A DNA stretch of 61,689 nt, the filler included, from Globobulimina sp. (lineage: Eukaryota), in assembly GCA_003354225.1 (NCBI GenBank). It is 9 parts of 9 records of this genome, joined end to end, with 100 filler letters (N's around TTAATTAATTAA, not from the genome) between each part and the next. Parts side by side here need not be neighbours in the genome. Positions count along the whole stretch, not along the records: positions 54,950 to 61,689 come from PIVH01000246.1; 8 more parts are not named here. One strand, 5' to 3'. The notes under the pieces are model-generated. The model did no database searches. It was not told the DNA's origin and was given only the letters and a program-made list of their open reading frames with translations. Below, piece by piece: positions 59,344 to 61,689 of this stretch (its first letter is position 1; every line of letters starts with the position of its first letter). The translations under genes were made by a program, and so were the position numbers.

Positions 59344-61689
59344 ATGAAAACGTCAAATTTAATAAAAAATGGATCAAACATGTCTCATTACCAAAGTATG
59401 GACGGAGCAGGAGATATTGCAGAAATGCAACAAAATGTATCAAACTCCAAACTGCTGAAACCACCAAAAACTACATCAGCAGATCGATCATCTTCATATA
59501 TCGTGGAAGCTCGACGTGTACCATTTTACTCCTCCGGAATGGGTTTAACATTTAGTCAACAAAAACGTGCATGGGTAGATCCATGGGAAGCAAACCCCTC
59601 TGAACGATTCTTATCGGATTCACCACAAAATCCGAAAACATATCATATAAAATCTAATGCAAATATTGTATCATCCATAGAACCAAAACAATATAAACGT
59701 CCATTGCAATTTTCACATAGTTTAACATCTATGACATTTAATGCAGAACAGTTTCCATATGCATCCATGAGTTATTTATATGAAGAAATCGAATCAAAAC
59801 AAAATCACCATCTCGAGATTGATCCCAATTGCAATGTCTTAACACCACCAGATACAGCACAGAAGTTTGGTGCTTGGGATGGTGTCATGGCTGGCTGTTT
59901 ATTGGTATGTACTGTATTATTTATCACAAATCATCACTTTAATATAATTTACAGAATATATTCGGAGTAATTATGTTTTTAAGGGTTGGATGGATTGTCG
60001 GTAATTGTGGTTTGTTTCATTGCTTCGTAATCGTAGATATAATATAAAATATATACAATTGCAACTACAGGAATTTTATCAACGATTGGTATTATGTGCA
60101 TATCGACGGCAGTTACAACATTAACTACTTTATCAATGAGTGCGATATGTACAAACGGTACAATCTTAGCTGGAGGAGCTTATTATATCATATCGCGGAC
60201 ATTAGGCCCTGCATTTGGTGGAAGTGTGGGGATATTGTTGTCGTTTGGAAATATGGTCGCATGCTCTATGTATTTGACTGGTTTTGCGGAGACATTGGTG
60301 GACAACCTCAGAGATGGTACAATGTACACAAAAAATTATAATTAAACAACTGAATTTAATATATACTATATATATATATAGGAGTGCTAGCTCGTGATTT
60401 TAGTATTACCGGTGATGCAGTTAATGATGTACGTATTTGGTCCAATATTTTGCTTATTTTTGTACTCATCTTAACTCTTATTGGCTTGTCGTGGGTCATC
60501 AAAGCACAGATTGGTTTATTAGTGTTTATTTGTTTTGCAATATTGACATTTTTTATTGGTTCATTTTATCAAACTAATGATGATATACTTTATGGTGTTG
60601 ATGGATGGAGGAATGGTAACTTGAAAGAAAATCTTATGCCAAAATATGAGGATGATTATGATTTCTGGACTGTTTTAGCTATATTCTTTCCGGCTGTCAC
60701 TGGTTAGGGATGTTTCTGTTTTTGTAAACAGATAATATATTTCAATGTAATTTAATTATAAGGCATTATGGCAGGAGCTAATATCAGCGGAGATTTAAAG
60801 AATCCATCACATGATATTCCAAAAGGTATTACTAATTTGTATTAAAGGAAATATATTAAATAAATGATATATAGGCACACTGACAGCAGTTGGTATATCG
60901 TCAGTGGTGTATATGTTAATGGCATTGTTTGTCGGTGCAGTTGCTGCGAGAAAAGAGTTAATAGCAAATATATTAATCATGGCTGATATTTGTGTGGTGG
61001 ATTATATCATATTCATCGGAATATATTCAGCAACATTATCATCAGCTATTGCCTCTCTGGTTGGAGCACCACGTATTCTGATGGCAATTGTATGCATATA
61101 TGTCTTGATTGCATGATATTATATTAATATATAACTTTATTATTAAATATATATAGGCAGATGATAACATCATAGCAATACCAGGAATCGCTTACTTTGC
61201 TGTGACAGACTCGAGTGGGAATCCGGTGCGTGGGTATTTCTTATCATTTGCTGTGGCATTCATGTTTAACTGCATTGGGGAGCTAAATTTAATTGTTAGG
61301 TTCTATGACTTGTATCACTTCACTTCTATGTCAATAACATTCAAAAACAGGCACCGTTAATATCACAATTTTTTATTATTGTTTATTTGATTATCAATTT
61401 TGCATCGTTTGTAATGGAAATTTCTCATTCCCCTGGATGGCGGCCATCATTTTCATATTTCAATCGTTATACAGGTTTATTGGGCGCTGCCTTATGTTTA
61501 ACTATCATGTTTTTATTGGATTGGGGCTATGCGTTAGCAACAACATCCATTGCATTCGCATTATATTTATTTATTTCATGGAAAGATCCAGGCGTTTCCT
61601 GGGGTGGTACTTTTGGTTCGAGATCAATATACACTGCGTATAGCTCCGTATTACATCTTGGCTTAAACAAGAAAAAAATTGATGATATG
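59344..61689 (+). CDS. SLC12 cation-chloride cotransporter (NKCC/CCC-like), multi-exon, 3' truncated
   Basis: KFGAWDGV...CLL|NIFGVIMFLRVGWIVG; GGAYYIISRTLGPAFGGSVG; FFPAVTG|IMAGANISGDL; TLSSAIASLVGAPRIL; SPGWRPSF. Confidence 0.92.

Noticed and set aside
1-61689. tRNA, rRNA or CRISPR loci
   Set aside because: None recognised by eye; tRNAscan-SE and Infernal would be needed to exclude divergent ones.

Overview
This window is not one locus. It is nine unlinked contigs (1-6790, 6891-13672, 13773-20554, 20655-27428, 27529-34291, 34392-41151, 41252-48002, 48103-54849, 54950-61689) joined by 100-nt N/TTAATTAATTAA spacers and ordered by decreasing length (6790 to 6740 bp), so adjacency across spacers means nothing. 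Most contigs are from an AT-rich, gene-dense microbial eukaryote with short (about 55-95 nt) GT-AG introns; a foraminiferan or other rhizarian is my inference from gene style only. Recognisable genes: DPM2, a tandem-MRH lectin, a leishmanolysin (M8) protease, a coiled-coil/PH protein, B12-dependent methionine synthase, a PPR protein, a SEL1L/Hrd3-like protein, an OTU deubiquitinase, an RRM protein, a papain-family cathepsin, a MAP3K-like kinase, a MOSC/mARC protein, a Ctr copper transporter and an SLC12 cotransporter. Two mobile or viral elements are present. One is a Polinton/adintovirus-like contig with a 1452-aa protein-primed PolB (vOTU-like, Zn finger, exonuclease, inserted VSR-like nuclease, unusual catalytic motifs) and TATA/AP-1/CRE-type promoters. 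The other is an intact-looking non-LTR retrotransposon (APE-RT-CCHC-RNase H, 3' hairpins, (TAC)n tail). Highlights not visible in the ORF track: a spliced RanBP2/NZF zinc finger fused to the N-terminus of methionine synthase, a signal-peptide-bearing intronless OTU bracketed by ~90-bp direct repeats, an HMG-UIM-UIM-RING protein, a ShKT-PAN-VHL-SEL1 mosaic and a GC-rich nested stem-loop. All calls were made by eye with no database searches.
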